Source of the DNA: Malacoraja senta
Lineage: Eukaryota
Length of the DNA stretch: 64,000 nucleotides
Assembly: GCA_038087875.1 (NCBI GenBank)
Contig: CM075990.1
Span: 186,001 to 250,000, forward strand
Direction: 5' to 3'
The notes under the pieces: generated by a model
What the model was told of the DNA's origin: nothing
Database searches by the model: none
Seen by the model: only the letters and a program-made list of their open reading frames with translations
Shown here: positions 62,755 through 64,000 of the stretch, in pieces
Layout of the letters: every line of letters begins with the position of its first letter
Position numbering within the stretch: the stretch's first letter is position 1
Translations under genes and position numbers: made by a program

Positions 62755-64000
62755 AATAGTAAGATTGAAAGAGAACTTGCCAGTTTGAAGTTTGATCTAT
62801 ATTTTATGAGGAGTTACGATGAGCGATTACGTGAAGAAGAAGGCCGTCAGCACACATGCGCGTCAATCTTCAAAGCAGTGGTGTGAAATCACAGATAACA
62901 GTTGTTGAACTAACATAGTAAGATTAGAGATGACTAGAACTACCAGATAATCTTTATGATACGAGGGTTGGAAGCGGTGGGCACGTAATCGCTCATCGTA
63001 ACTCCTCATAAAATAAAGATCAAACTTCAAACTGGCAAGTTCTCGTTTAATCTTACTATTTTACTTCGGAGTCACGTGAGTGACTAAGTGAAGATTTTGA
63101 AGCTCTGTGATTTCATGCCGTGGATATGAGTCCGTGCGTCACACACTGCATCAGTTGACCAGGATGAGTGAAAATAATTAATGCATTCAGACATGACATA
63201 GACAAAAAATGCTGATGCTTTAATAATCAAAGAAAATAATAGTGACCTCTCCCCCAGGGGGAAACTATAAAACAGAACTTAAAATAGAATTAGCAAAAGC
63301 CCCGGTCTGGCGATAGGTTTGTTATAAAAGCTTTGGTACGTCAGTTCATTAGACCATCCTGCAGCCACTAGAATGTGGTCGAGAGGGACGTCCATATCCC
63401 TCGCTGCTGACGTAGATGCAGCCCTGGTGGAATGAGGTTTAAAAGTGTCAGTGTCCACTCCTGCACATGCCAGAACCTGTTTTATCCATCTTGAAATGGT
63501 CTGTACTGTAACCTTCCTATGAGGTTTTGTGTAGATGATGAATAAAGATAATTCCGAGCCTCTGAGGCTCTCAGTGACCTTAATGTATTGTAGTATTGTG
63601 TAACTACACACAACCGTAGGTCTAAGGGGTATGCCATAAAAAATAATTTGAGCCCCGACACCCCTGGTCTGCTCTGCTTAATTAAATCATAAACAAAAAA
63701 GGTAATATTGTCAAAAGATGTAACCATGCTGTCCAGTCTTAGTTTATTTAACGTCTGGACCAGTTACGCTGAAACCAGCGCCATGAGCATGACTACCTTA
63801 AGAGTGAGATGAGGCAGAGATAGCGATGAAGCTGGAGCCCACTGGCGAAGCAGCGTGAGAACCACGCTCACATCACATATCTGCGAATATCGGGGCCTAG
63901 GGGGAGTGGAGTTAAAAATGCCCTTCATAAATCTTGTTATTAAGGGGTGAGATCCGACAGTGTGGTTCCCTGACCCCAGCCATAAGTAAGATGATAAAGC
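62755..64000 (-). mobile_element. DIRS copy 4, 3' portion (continues beyond the window)
   Basis: Terminal and ICR structure at 62755-63095. YR remnants TISRWIK..HSTRAASTS..GWS (63279-63611) and HPLITRFMKGIFN. Confidence 0.92.

Overview
This is eukaryotic DNA, almost certainly from a cartilaginous fish (skate or ray), judged from about 11 copies of the elasmobranch HE1-type V-SINE and its partner CR1 LINE. I can support no host protein-coding exon. The window is a dense, nested stack of transposable elements: a ~43-bp satellite, a full-length Tx1L-like LINE, a Mag-clade Gypsy provirus, four DIRS tyrosine-recombinase retrotransposons, a full-length esterase-ORF1 CR1, a young Rex1/Babar copy, a full-length L1, and RTE, Vingi-like and Penelope fragments. 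There are also three PIF/Harbinger-type MITEs and several short Penelope-derived hammerhead-ribozyme-like inserts. Most junctions and target-site duplications (TSDs) can be read base by base. The most interesting signals are four. (1) The Tx1L-like LINE sits inside a MITE whose empty form is present 6 kb away, paralleling the Xenopus Tx1D/Tx1L system. (2) That MITE carries a head-to-head pair of hammerhead-like motifs as cargo. (3) Solo ~90-140 nt hammerhead-like inserts have their own TSDs. (4) Two MITE insertions have mismatched TTA/TAA target duplications. Family names come from motif recognition, not database searches.
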